Shown one piece after another: positions 28,301 through 43,300 of a DNA stretch of 64,000 bases (within the stretch, counting starts at the first letter, position 1; the number at the start of each line of letters is the position of its first letter). The stretch lies in contig NC_134025.1 in NCBI RefSeq assembly GCF_964204645.1, forward strand, positions 8,742,001 through 8,806,000. The letters run 5' to 3'. The stretch is from Tubulanus polymorphus (Eukaryota; Animalia; Nemertea). Both the position numbers and the translations under genes were made by a program. The notes under the pieces were generated by a model, which did not search any database, was not told the DNA's origin, and saw only the letters and a program-made list of their open reading frames with translations.

Positions 28301-31300
28301 GTCATTCAAATGCTGTTGTATACGATATCAAAGCAAATGCGGATTCATTGGTTACGTTCATGGAAAAGGTGGCAGATGTCTTAGGAGGAAGAATGGAAGA
28401 TATTTTGATGGATGTTAGAATTGCAGCAGAAATAAACAATTCAAATGCTCTGATGGCAAGTTCTTCGTCACTGAGGTGTTCGGAGAAAATCGAGGCCATG
28501 TATTCAGATCTCGAACATCTAACGCACGAGGAAAGAGTACAAAGAATATCTGCAGGTAGAGTTAGTTGTGTCATAATGGCACTCTCATATATTTTGACAT
28601 TACATTATCTAATGGGACTTTGTTTCATGTTGCCTTCTTTATTTCAGTTACCCCGAATTTGCCTATGTCAACGCTTGATGCAATCGCCTGGCTCGAATCC
28701 AAAGAGAGAAACAATGCTATATATGAAGCAATCCTTACAGACCACGAGGAGTTACTCGGTCATTCGTGTTTATGGGAACTACAGAACATTTTCACGAATG
28801 CCAAAGAAAGGAAAGAAAAATTTGGTAAACTTGATCGTCCTTTAGTAATAATTTGTGCAGAAAACCTCAGTGAAATTCCAGGTTCGGAAGAAATGCTTAG
28901 TTCCATATTACCACACGGCTTTGTACACATCGCGTTTCAAAATCAGTCTAAAACGTATCCTAATATTGCTGATGTTCACCTACTTGTTTTCTTTATGGAC
29001 GAGGCATCCTTGAATAACCAGAATTGCATAGACATGCTATGTTTAGCAAAGTTTTATCTAATTCCAACCACATTTATTCGCAAAGCCGACTTTGTGCCCA
29101 ATAGCTGGTTGCCTCCACAGATAAGTGTTCTGCCCAGAGGAGGAAGCAAATCTCACTTTGATGAGATAATTGATGTTATGCAAATTGTAATGGATGGATT
29201 CGAAAATTCTACAGTATATGTTGATTATCTGGAAGAAAAAGCTCTGTATGAATGGGCCAATATGATTCCCATATATATGCTTGGCAAAGATGTCTTTGAT
29301 TCATTGCAACAACTTTTCGATCGTAAAGTGTTCAAAGAAAAAAGAATTTCGCTAAAAAGTAAGATATCAATTTTCAGCCGTAGTTTTAAAGGTTGTGCCT
29401 TTCTAATTTGAATCAATGAAATAATTTTACCAATTGCAGACCTTCCTGAATATCCTTTAAATGAAGAGGACGCAGAACAATGGCTATTCTCAAAGCAAGA
29501 GGAATTACCGATATACAAGTCTATTTTCGAAGAACATCGATTTCTTTTCGAGAAGTCACCTTTCGCATTCTTCACAGAGCAGTTTAATTCATTTTCGCCA
29601 CATGATAATGGTGGCCAGAATGTGTTTATATGTCACAATGAAGAACGAGAATATATAAGAGAAATTATTTCGCAATATGCCAGGGTCAGTTCAATATCCG
29701 TGAAAGATGGTGATGCTTTATGTGTTAAGGAAGACCGGAAAATCACGAAAAATGATCTCCTCATATATTACATGAATGAACAAACTCTCAATTGTCAGAC
29801 TACGATCAATATTCTTGGTCTGGCCAAATATTATGGATGTAAGATATTTTTCCTCCGTGAAACTACATTTGAACCAGTGGAATACATTTCCCCGGATATT
29901 TACTTACTTCCACCAGATGTAGATCAAGATAGATTTAAGAAATTCGTTAATATTGGCGAAATTATGTTAGATGGCCAAGAATCTGCGATACAGTTTGACA
30001 AAATTGTCGAAACGAGTGCCCTTGGTGTTGTTGCCCGTCATATAGCGCCGTATTTTGGAATATATGTCGATGAACTATTACCAAAGATCCCGAAGAATAT
30101 AAGTGACACCAGACATTCAGATAATCATCCCGAAAATAACGCATCTAAAATTTGTTCAGATATTGAACAAGCTCGTAACTGGCTGATTTCGAAAGAAGAT
30201 GACATCTCGACCCTAAAAACAGTATTAACCGAATTCCCAGAACTCAAAGTCGAAATATACCTGTCAGATTTATCTCACATTTACAAGAGTAAGGATGATT
30301 CTGATGTAGACATAAAAATGACAGCTCGACCTGACAAAGTTCTTATGTGTTGCGACGAACTGAAATCGAATGAAAATTGTATAAGTCGAATTCTTGCGAA
30401 TAATTCTTTTCTACAAATTTCAACCTGTGATCGACCAATTCAGACTGATATTTATAAACAAATATCCACCACAAACCTTTTAGTATTTTTCATAAGTGCA
30501 AAAACTCTGAATGATCAGAATCACATAAACCTGCTATGTCTAGCTCAGTATTATAATATCCCGACGATATATTTGATGGAAAGTGGTTTCGAACCAGAGG
30601 ATTGCACGTCACCAGATGTATCTATGTTACCAAACGACGTCGATCAGGAGCGATTCACCACCGAAATCGATATCGGAGAAATCCTCACAAATGGAATGGA
30701 TTGCTGTATCGAAATTACGAAACGAATTGATGAGAGCACGTTGGATACGATAGTGAAACGGCTATCGGCATCGCTTCATCTCGAGGACTTCAGTTTGAAA
30801 AACTTCGTACCAGAAGAAGATGTGAATATTGATGCTTGTACTTCGACTGCTGATCTAGAAAGTGATAACGATGCCACTTCTGAAGGTAATACGACTAAAT
30901 TTTCCCTGGGGTCTTGACAGTGCAATGGGCCTGTATCTGAAATTTCCTCATGAACTAAACTTCATTATTTATTTAAGATTGGCCCGATTTAAGAAACATT
31001 GACGATGCTCGAAAATGGATCGTTTCCAAAGAAACCGATATTCTAATCATGAAATCAGTTATCGAAGAATTCGGGGAATTAAAAGCTGAAACATGTCTGA
31101 AACATTTGCCTGGATCCTTCAATACAACGGTTGAAAGTGTAACTATGATTGATGGTCATTCGTCCACTGATAATGCCGAATATATTCACAAAAGTGTCAT
31201 GACAGGTAACCATTGAAGAGCTTTTTGATGGTGTTTAATTTTGTCCCATTCACATTGTTTAATGTGTTCTATTTGCAGAGTTTCCAAGAACCTTTTCCGA

Positions 31301-34300
31301 TATCGAAGAAGCTCGTGACTGGGTGAATTCTAAAGCAGATGATATCTCAATAATGAAATCTATAATGACTGAATTTACTGAACTCAAAGACGATTCATGC
31401 TTGAATGAATTATTAGCATTTGATCAGACTAAAGAAAATGACTCTGATACAGACATCAAAGAAGGTTCTGATGCAGAAGCTAAGATCAACATACAATCTA
31501 ACAAAGTTCTTATGTGTTGTGACGAACTGAAATCGAATGAAAATTGTATAAGTCGAATTCTTGCGAATAATTCTTTTCTACAAATTTCAACTCGTGATCG
31601 ACAAATTCAGACTGATATTTATAAACAAATATCCACCACAAACCTTTTAGTATTTTTCATAAGTGCAAAAACTCTGAATGATCAGAATCACGTAAACCTG
31701 CTCTGTCTAGCTCAGTATTATAATATCCCGACGATATACTTGATGGAAACTGGTTTCGAACCCGAGGATTGCACGTCACCAGATGTATCTATGTTACCAA
31801 ACGACGTCGATCAGGGGCGATTCACCAGCGATATTGATATCGGAGAAATCCTCACAAATGGAATGGAATGTTGTATTGAAATATCGGAGCAAATTGATGA
31901 AAGCTCGTTGGATACGATAGTGAAACAGATATCGGCATCGATTCATCTCGAGGACTACAATTTGGAAAACTTCGTACCAGAAGAAGATGTGAATATTGAT
32001 GCTTGGACTTCGACTGCTGATCTAGAAAGTGATAGTGATGTCACCTCTGAAGGTTATACGACTAAATTTTCCTTGTAGTCTTGAAAATGGACCTGTATCT
32101 GAATTTTCTTTATTTATTTCATTGTTTATTTTAGATTGGCCTGATTTAAGAAATATTGACAATGCCCGAAAATGGATCGTTTCCAAAGAACCAGATATTC
32201 TTATCATGAAATCAATTATCGAAGAATTCGCTGAATTGAAAAATGAAACATGTCTAAAATATTTGCCTGGATTCGTCAATACAACGGGTGAAAGTGTAAC
32301 TATGGTTGATGGCCATTCGTCCACTGATAATGCCGAATATATTCACAAAGGTGTCATGACAGGTAATCATAATATTTGTATAGGTTTTCGACAATGTTTT
32401 TGTCCTATACACATGATCTATCATTTCCTTCTACTTGCAGAGCTTCACAGAACGTTTTGCGATATCGATGAAGCTCTTGACTGGGTGAATTCTAGAGCAG
32501 ATGAAATCTCAATAATGAAATCTATAATGACCGAATTTACTGAACTCAAAGACGAATCATGCTTGAATGAATTATTAGTATTTGATCAGACTAAAGAAAA
32601 TGACTCTGATACAGACATCAAAGAAGGTTCTGATACAGAAGCTAAGATCAACATACAATCTAACAAAGTTCTTATGTGTTGTGACGAACTGAAATCGAAT
32701 GAAAATTGTATAAGTCGAATTCTTGCGAATAATTCTTTTCTACAAATTTCAACTCGTGATCGACAAATTCAGACTGATATTTATAAACAAATATCCACCA
32801 CAAACCTTTTAGTATTTTTCATAAGTGCAAAAACTCTGAATGATCAGAATCACGTAAACCTGCTCTGTCTAGCTCAGTATTATAATATCCCGACGATATA
32901 CTTGATGGAAACTGGTTTCGAACCCGAGGATTGCACGTCACCAGATGTATCTATGTTACCAAACGACGTCGATCAGGGGCGATTCACCAGCGATATTGAT
33001 ATCGGAGAAATCCTCACAAATGGGATGGAATGTTGTATTGAAATATCGGAGCAAATTGATGAAAGCGCGTTGGATACGATAGTGAAACAGATATCGGCAT
33101 CGATTCATCTCGAGGACTACAATTTGGAAAACTGCGTACCAGAAGAAGATGTGAATATTGATGCTTGTACTTCGACTGCTGATCTAGAAAGTGATAGTGA
33201 TGCCACCTCTGAAGGTTATACGACTAAATTTTCCTTGTAGTCTTGAAAATGGACCTGTATCTGAATTTTCTTTATTTATTTCATTGTTTATTTTAGATTG
33301 GCCTGATTTAAGAAATATTGACGATGCCCGAAAATGGATCGTTTCCAAAGAACCAGATATTCTTATCATGAAATCAATTATCGAAGAATTCGCTGAATTG
33401 AAAAATGAAACATGTCTAAAATATTTGCCTGGATTCGTCAATACAACGGGTGAAAGTGTAACTATGGTTGATGGCCATTCGTCCACTGATAATGCCGAAT
33501 ATATTCACAAAGGTGTCATGACAGGTAATCATAATATTTGTATAGGTTTTCGACAATGTTTTTGTCCTATACACATGATCTATCATTTCCTTCTACTTGC
33601 AGAGCTTCACAGAACGTTTTGCGATATCGATGAAGCTCTTGACTGGGTGAATTCTAGAGCAGATGAAATCTCAATAATGAAATCTATAATGACCGAATTT
33701 ACTGAACTCAAAGACGAATCATGCTTGAATGAATTATTAGTATTTAATCAGACTAAAGAAAATGACTCTGATACAGACATCAAAGAAGGTTCTGATACAG
33801 AAGCTAAGATCAACATACAATCTAACAAAGTCCTTATGTGTTGTGACGAACTGAAATCGAATGAAAATTGTATCAGTCGAATTCTTGCGAATAATTCTTT
33901 TCTACAAATTTTAACCTGTGATCGACCAATTCAGACTGATATTCATAAACAAATATCCACCACAAACCTTTTAGTATTTTTCATAAGTGCAAAAACTCTG
34001 AATGATCAGAATCACATAAACCTGCTATGTCTAGCTCAGTATTATAATATCCCGACGATATATTTGATGGAAACTGGTTTCGAACCCGAGGATTGCACGT
34101 CACCAGATGTATCTATGTTACCAGATGACGTCGATCAGGAGCGATTCACGAGCGAAATTGATATCGGAGAAATCCTCACGAATGGAATGGAATGTTGTAT
34201 TAAAATTACTAAGCGAATTGACGAATGCACGTTGGATATGATAGTTAAACAGACGTCAGCGTCGCTTCCTCTTGAGGCCTTCAGTTTGGAAAACTTCTTA

Positions 34301-37300
34301 CCAGATGTACTCAATATTGATGCTGGTGCTTCAACTCATGAAGAGGAAACATGTCTGAAACATTTGTCCGAATCCTTCTATACAACGGTTGAAAGTGTAA
34401 CTATGGTTGATGGTCATTCGTCCACTGATAATGCCGAACATATTCACCAAGGTGTCATGACAGGTAACCATAATATTCAAATCTTTAACAGCTTTTTGAT
34501 GGTGTTTAATTTTGTCCTATCAATCTAATCTTTCTATTTGCAGAGTTTCCAAGAACCTTTTCCGATCTCGAAGAAGCTCGTGACTGGGTGAATTCTAGAG
34601 CAGATGATATCTCAATTATGAAATCTATAATGACTGAATTTACTGAACTCAAAGACGATTCATGCTTGAATGATCTATTAGTATCTTATCAGACTCAAGA
34701 AGAAAATCACTCTGATACAGACATCAAAGAAGGTTCTGATACAGAAGCTAAGATCAACTTACAATCTAACAAAGTTCTGATGTGTTGTGATGAACTGAAA
34801 TCGAATGAAAATTGTATAAGTCGAATTCTTGCGAATAATTCTTTTCTACAAATTTCAACCTGTGATCGACCAATTCAGACTGATATTTATAAACAAATAT
34901 CCACAACAAACCTTTTAGTATTTTTCATAAGTGCAAAAACTCTGAATGATCAGAATCACATAAACCTGCTATGTCTAGCTCAGTATTATAATAACCCGAC
35001 GATATATTTGATGGAAAGTGGTTTCGAACCAGAGGATTGCACGTCACCAGATGTATCTATGTTACCAAACGACGTCGATCAGGAGCGATTCACCAGCGAA
35101 ATCGATATCGGAGAAATCCTCACAAATGGAATGGATTGCTGTATCGAAATTACGAAACGAATTGATGAGAGCACGTTGGATACGATAGTGAAACGGATAT
35201 CGGCATCGCTTCATCTCGAGGACTTCAGTTTGAAAAACTTCGTACCAGAAGAAGATGTGAATATTGATGCTTGTACTTCGACTGCTGATCTAGAAAGTGA
35301 TAACGATGCCACTTCTGAAGGTAATACGACTAAATGTTCCTTGGAGTCTTGACAGTGCAATGGGCCTATATCTGAAATTTTCTCATGAACTGAACTTCAT
35401 TATTTATTTAAGATTGGCCCGATTTAAGTAACATTGACGATGCTCGAAAATGGATCGTTTCCAAAGAAACCGATATTCTAATCATGAAATCAGTTATCGA
35501 AGAATTCGGGGAATTAAAAGCTGAAACATGTCTGAAACATTTGCCTGGATCCTTCAATACAACGGTTGAAAGTGTAACTATGATTGATGGTCATTCGTCC
35601 ACTGATAATGCCGAATATATTCACAAAAGTGTCATGACAGGTAACCATTGAAGAGCTTTTTGATGGTGTTTAATTTTGTCCCATTCACATTGTTTAATGC
35701 GTTCTATTTGCAGAGTATCCAAGAACCTTTTCCGATCTCGAAAAAGCCCGTGACTGGGTGAATTCTAGAGCAGATGATATCTCAATAATGAAATCTATAA
35801 TGACTGAATTTACTGAACTCAAAGACGATTCATGCTTGAATGATTTATTAGTATCTTATCAGACTCAAGAAGAAAATCACTCTGATACAGACATCAAAGA
35901 AGGTTCTGATACAGAAGCTAAGATCAACTTACAATATAACAAAGTTCTTATGTGTTGCGACGAACTGAAATCGAATGAAAATTGTATCAGTCGAATTCTT
36001 GCGAATAATTCTTTTCTACAAATTTCAACCTGTGATCGACCAATTCAGACTGATATTTATAAACAAATATCCACAACAAACCTTTTATTATTTTTCATAA
36101 GTGCAAAAACTCTGAATGATCAGAATCACATAAACCTGCTATGTCTAGCTCAGTATTATAATAACCCGACGATATATTTGATGGAAAGTGGTTTCGAACC
36201 AGAGGATTGCACGTCACCAGATGTATCTATGTTACCAAACGACGTCGATCAGGAGCGATTCACCGGCGAAATCGATATCGGAGAAATCCTCACAAATGGA
36301 ATGGATTGCTGTATCGAAATTACGAAACGAATTGATGAGAGCACGTTGGATACGATAGTGAAACGGATATCGGCATCGCTTCATCTCGAGGACTTCAGTT
36401 TGAAAAACTTCGTACCAGAAGAAGATGTGAATATTGATGCTTGTACTTCGACTGCTGATCTAGAAAGTGATAACGATGCCACTTCTGAAGGTAATACGAC
36501 TAAATGTTCCTTGGAGTCTTGACAGTGCAATGGGCCTATATCTGAAATTTTCTCATGAACTGAACTTCATTATTTATTTAAGATTGGCCCGATTTAAGTA
36601 ACATTGACGATGCTCGAAAATGGATCGTTTCCAAAGAAACCGATATTCTAATCATGAAATCAGTTATCGAAGAATTCGGGGAATTAAAAGCTGAAACATG
36701 TCTGAAACATTTGCCTGGATCCTTCAATACAACGGTTGAAAGTGTAACTATGATTGATGGTCATTCGTCCACTGATAATGCCGAATATATTCACAAAAGT
36801 GTCATGACAGGTAACCATTGAAGAGCTTTTTGATGGTGTTTAATTTTGTCCCATTCACATTGTTTAATGCGTTCTATTTGCAGAGTATCCAAGAACCTTT
36901 TCCGATCTCGAAAAAGCCCGTGACTGGGTGAATTCTAGAGCAGATGATATCTCAATAATGAAATCTATAATGACTGAATTTACTGAACTCAAAGACGATT
37001 CATGCTTGAATGATTTATTAGTATCTTATCAGACTCAAGAAGAAAATCACTCTGATACAGACATCAAAGAAGGTTCTGATACAGAAGCTAAGATCAACTT
37101 ACAATATAACAAAGTTCTTATGTGTTGCGACGAACTGAAATCGAATGAAAATTGTATCAGTCGAATTCTTGCGAATAATTCTTTTCTACAAATTTTAACC
37201 TGTGATCGACGAATTCAGACTGATATTTATAAACAAATATCCACCACAAACCTTTTATTATTTTTCATAAGTGCAAAAACTCTGAATGATCAGAATCACA

Positions 37301-40300
37301 TAAACCTGCTATGTCTAGCTCAGTATTATAATATCCCGACGATATATTTGATGGAAAGTGGTTTCGAACCAGAGGATTGCACGTCATCAGATGTATCTAT
37401 GTTACCAAACGACGTCGATCAGGAGCGATTCACCGGCGAAATCGATATCGGAGAAATCCTCACAAATGGAATGGATTGCTGTATCGAAATTACGAAACGA
37501 ATTGATGAGAGCACGTTGGATACGATAGTGAAACGGATATCGGCATCGCTTCATCTCGAGGACTTCAGTTTGAGAAACTTCGTACCAGAAGAAGATGTGA
37601 ATATTGATGCTTGTACTTCGACTGCTGATCTAGAAAGTGATAACGATGCCACTTCTGAAGGTAATACGACTTAATGTTCCTTGGAGTCTTGACAGTGCGA
37701 TGGGCCTGTATCTGAAATTTTCTCATGAACTGAACTTCATTATTTATTTAAGATTGGCCCGATTTAAGAAACATTGACGATGCTCGAAAATGGATCGTTT
37801 CCAAAGAAACCGATATTCTTATCATGAAATCAGTTATCGAAGAATTCGGGGAATTACAAGCTGAAACATGTCTGAAACATTTGCCTGGATCCTTCAATAC
37901 AACGGTTGAAAGTGTAACTATGATTGATGGTCATTCGTCCACCGATAATGCTGAATATATTCACAAAAGTGTCATGACAGGTAACCATTGAAGAGCTTTT
38001 TGATGGTATTTAATTTTGTCCCATTCACATGGTTTATTGCGTTCTATTTCCAGAGTTTCCAGGAACCTTTTCCGATATCGAAGAAGCTCGTGACTGGGTG
38101 AATTCTAGAGCAGATGATATCTCAATAATGAAATCTATAATGACTGAATATACTGAACTCAAAGACGATTCGTGCTTGAATGAATTATTAGCATTTGATC
38201 AGACTAAAGAAAATGACTCTGATACAGACATCAAAGGAGGTTCTGATACAGAAGCTATGATCAACATACAATATAACAAAGTTCTTATGTGTTGTGACGA
38301 ACTGAACTCGAATGAAAATTGTATAAGTCGAATTCTTGCGAATAATTCTTTTCTACAAATCTCAACTCGTGATCGACCAATTCAGACTGATATTTATAAA
38401 CAAATATCCACCACAAACCTTTTAGTATTTTTCATAAGTGCAAACACTCTGAATGATCAGAATCACGTAAACCTGCTCTGTTTAGCTCAGTATTATAATA
38501 TCCCGACGATATATTTGATGGAAACTGGTTTCGAACCCGAGGATTGCATGTCACCAGATGTATCTATGTTACCAGATGACGTCGATCAGGAGCGATTCAC
38601 GAGCGAAATTGATATCGGAGAAATCCTCACAAATGGAATGGAATGTTGTATTGAAATTACTAAGCGAATTGACGAATGCACGTTGGATATGATAGTTAAA
38701 CAGATGTCAGCGTCGCTTCCTCTTGAGGCCTTCAGTTTGGAAAACCTCTTACCAGATGTACTCAATATTGATGCTGGTACTTCAACTCATGAAGAGGAAA
38801 CATGTATGAAACATTTGTCAGAATCCTTCTATACAACGGTTGAAAGTGCAACTATGGTTGATGGTCATTCGTCCACTGATAATGCCGAACATATTCACCA
38901 AGGTGTCATGACAGGAAACCATAATATTCAAATCTTGAACAGCTTTTTGATGGTGTTTAATTTTGTCCTATCAATCTAATGCTTTCTATTTGCAGAGTTT
39001 CCAAGAACCTTTTCCGATCTCGAAGAAGCTCGTGACTGGGTGAATTCTAGAGCCGATGATATCTCAAATATGAAATCTATGATGACTGAATTTACTGAAC
39101 TCAAAGACGATTCATGCTTGAATGATCTATTAGTATCTTATCAGACTCAAGAAGAAAATCACTCTGATACAGACATCAAAGAAGGTTCTGAAACAGAAGC
39201 TAAGATCAACTTACAATCTAACAAAGTTCTGATGTGTTGTGATGAACTGAAATCGAATGAAAATTGTATAAGTCGAATTCTTGCGAATAATTCTTTTCTA
39301 CAAATTTCAACGTGTGATCGACAAATTCAGACTAATATTTATAAACAAATATCCACAACAAATCTTTTAGTATTTTTCATGAGTGCAAAATCTCTGAATG
39401 ATCAAAATCACGTAAACCTGCTCTGTCTAGCTCAGTATTATAATATCCCGACGATATACTTGATGGAAACTGGTTTCGAACCCGAGGATTGCACGTCACC
39501 AGATGTATCTATGTTCCCAAACCACGTCGATCAGGAGCGATTCACCAGCGAAATTGATATTGGGGAAATCCTCATAAACGGAACCGAATGTTGTATTGAA
39601 ATATCGGAGCGAATTGACGAAAGCACTTTGGATACGATAGTGAAACAGATATCGGCATCGCTTCATCTCGAGGACTTCAGTTTGGAAAACTTCGTACCAG
39701 AAGTGAATATCGATGCTTCTACTTCCACTGATGATCTAGAAAGTGATAGCGATGCCACTTCTACTGGTGATGGTAGTGTATATTTTTAAAGCTTTCATAC
39801 TTAATTCAAAGAATACACAAACGAATATCCCTTAAACTATTCTATTTGTTTCTGTTTTGCAGAAATGCGCCTAGAAATCAATGGCATCGATGATGCTCGA
39901 GAATGGATCATCTCAAAAGAATCAGATATTTTGATAATGAGATCTATCATCAAAGAGTTCGATGAATTAAAAGATGTAGCATGTTTGAAAGATCCAACTG
40001 CCTTCCACAATTCAAAAGACGAAAGTGTTGTATCTATGGTTGATGGTTATACGTCCACTGATGATGCCGAATGCACACACAAAGGTGTCATGACAGGTAA
40101 CTGGTTGTCATTTTCATGTGAAATAGCGGCACTTTTTTCTCTGTTATGAATACATATTCGTACATCTTTTCTAGAAATTTATCAAACATTCTGTAACGTC
40201 GCTCGTGACTGGGTGAAATATAGAAAAGATGATATATCAACAGTGAAAACAATCATGACCGAATTCAACGAATTAATCGAAGAGACATGTCTTAAAGATT

Positions 40301-43300
40301 TGGACGATTATTTTTGTCTCAGAAGAGACATTGACACCGTCGATATTTGTACCTCAACTGATATAGAATATTCAGATAAGGCGATTTCAACAGGTAAATG
40401 ATACAACCTATTCAAACATTTTAATATTTCTTGATTATTGACTATATTTCTTGTATTGCTTTTTCTTTTATTCATCTATACAGAGTTTTGCCAAGAATTC
40501 AACACAATCAATGACGCTCGAGAATGGATCATTTCCAAAGAATCGGATCTTTCTACCTTGAAAACCGTTACCTCGAAATTCAGTGAACTTAAAGATGTTG
40601 TCATTTTGAGAGACCTTTATGAATCTGTTTACAACCCAAAAGAAAATATCACCGATGCATTTACTTGTACTGACGAGGTGGAACATGAAAATAAGGCAAT
40701 TTCAACTGGTAAAAACTACTAAGAACTATACCTTTTAAATAACTATTTGTATTTTGTATATATCCGGATGAAAGATCCTAATTCTTTCCTTTCCAGATAC
40801 GCCCATGCCAACGGAAGAGAATAGACATTTGGATAGTAAAGTTCCCCTTGTTGCGATAGGAAGTCAATTTCTGTACCCATCATCACTTGACATGAGTGCG
40901 TCGTCAAAAGAAACTCTAGATCGCATTTTGACGCCTGTTTTGCCATTTTGTTACGTGTTTAGCACATCAGCTCCAATCACCAACAGTGAAGAGTTATTAA
41001 TGTTAATTGAGAAAATTCGCAACTGCGATATATTTATCTGTCATCTCGATGATGAGTATATTTACTCCCAATGCTGCATAAACTCCCTGGCACTTGCGGT
41101 GTTTTTCGACCGGCCTGTTATCATGATTCGCGAGCCTCTGTTCACCCTACCGAAATCGCCTTATCAATCGTTGCAACCGAACGTAATCGAATTTCTCACC
41201 GAGACAGCAGGCAAATATGAAAGTGACATCTTAGACTTTGTTCGCGATAATTACCAAAAAAAGGTTGGAGATTTCAATGACGTGTTATCACGCGGTGCAG
41301 ATTCTGCCTTGATTTACGATGCCGGTTTTGAGGAGATGTTCACGCTGCGTCTATACGACTGCATGGCTAACTTTATCTCGGATGACGTTTTTAAAGCTGG
41401 TGTCATAAGTGCACGTCAACGGATAAATACGTGTCGTGAGTATCTGTTTGAGAAGGAACCTACCGAAGCTTCGATTAATAGTTCTATTTTCGAAGACGAC
41501 GTCCGTAATTCCCTCGAGTTGACGCCGGATTCGGTCAACGCGTTGTCGACAACTTTAGATGTCGACGCAGATACATCAACCCACCCTTCAATATACGTTC
41601 AAACGGATACTGAAGTTGACACCGCAATGATAAGCAAACGTGAGTCTTCGACTATGCTAATTATAGATAACGGATCTATCGCAAATGTACGGTATTTTCG
41701 ATTAAAAAAGCTGATATATGTCGTGTACTTGATACGGTCCCATGGAGAGCACTTGGATTCAAATTTCTATTTCGATACACCATTAAGCACACCAAAGATA
41801 AAATGCAATAATTCATGATTTCAAAATTATATTGAAAAAAATAATTTCTCCGGACGGGACGTTATCATACCTTCAAATGAAAGGGCAGCCATTTGTATAG
41901 ACGGTAAGTATGTTAGATAATGCGCATGTAGTAACCTTAAACATTTCTTGTGTCTTTTTTGCCAGCAAATGATACACGTGAATACCGACCACTACGCACA
42001 GCCATCAGCCAAAAGAATTTCGACGATGCATTCAGGGAAGAATTATCTGGTGTCATCCCGACGTTGAATGGAACCAAGGAATGGTTTAGACGAAATGATA
42101 GTGTCTTTTTAACCGCAAAAAATTTATTGCTTTGCTACCCCGATATCATTGAACACGATAATGCGACTATGAGAAATTTGCAAAAACTAGTTAGCATTAT
42201 TGAACTGAAAGAATGCAACACTACAGCCCCAGATTCTGGTGTCGATTTACAATCGGATTCTACTCGTCCTATACCAGTTTTACTGATTTGTTCTGCGGAA
42301 AAGATGGATAATTCGGAATTTCACCTGAGAAGAACTGTCAGCTTTCTCAGCTCTCAAGCTTTCGTTCATGTAATGCCGAACGATTTAGAAGAGCAGTCGA
42401 CAATAACCGATTCTGTTCTAGGTGCAGACGTTCTAGTTTGTTACTTTAGTCAACGTTTTATGAAATCGCAAACCTGCGTTAGCACCCTTATCGCTGCCTC
42501 TTTCCACAATGTTCCGATCGTACTTGTACGCGGCGAACTTCAAGAATTACCGGAAGATCTATCGTACTCACAGGTTTGCTTTGAAAAGGATAATTCGAAT
42601 AAGATGTGTGAACCAGACGCAAGCAAAATTCTTCTGGACTTATGGGATACGTCAGCTTTGATACATCGTGATTTTTATTCTTCGATTGAGTCGGTGTGTA
42701 AAAGGTTAGAACCTCTTGTCGGGAATACCTTCAAATCCTTAGAAATGGAAAAATTAGACAAGGATGATGGAAACTTGCAGTCACTGAGGAGATCCAGTGA
42801 ACCATTCGTTTCATGGGCAGACGGTAGAAGGAAAAGAAAACTAGGTAGGTTCATTCTCTTATGTATGAATTACTATAGAGATAGATCATCGTGTAAATTT
42901 CGTACATATTTCCTATACATACCATTGGGAATATACTCTCGAGATGTAACGTTTCTTTGTGTGTGAATTCGCTATTCGCTGCGAAATGTTGATTAATCTT
43001 TATTTCATTTTTTTTTCATTTTCCTAATCAAAGGTTCATTGAAAGGAAATGTCATTTTCCATTCTTTAAGAGAATATAAGGATGCTGAGATAGGTATTTT
43101 TCCAACCTATGAAGGTGCCAAAATATGGCTTCACAGACGTGCGTTTGATATGGCAGTAACAGCTAATCTTTTACGAAAATACAGAAATTTAGCGGATGAA
43201 CCTGAACTTGCTGGTTTTTGGGACGTAATCAATTCCCATTTCGATAAGAACATCGAGGAAAAACGAGGTTATCCCGCACTCTTCAAAATTAATTCGTCTC

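Noticed and set aside
37661-37674. Premature stop ending the 36928 ORF (248 aa versus 254 aa in paralogues)
   Set aside because: The TAA lies downstream of the GAAG|gtaat donor at 37660, so it is intronic.
30140-40096. Tandem array as CRISPR, satellite DNA or transposon copies
   Set aside because: Units are over 1 kb, keep open frames and splice sites, lack a repeat-spacer structure, and show no transposase or RT motifs.
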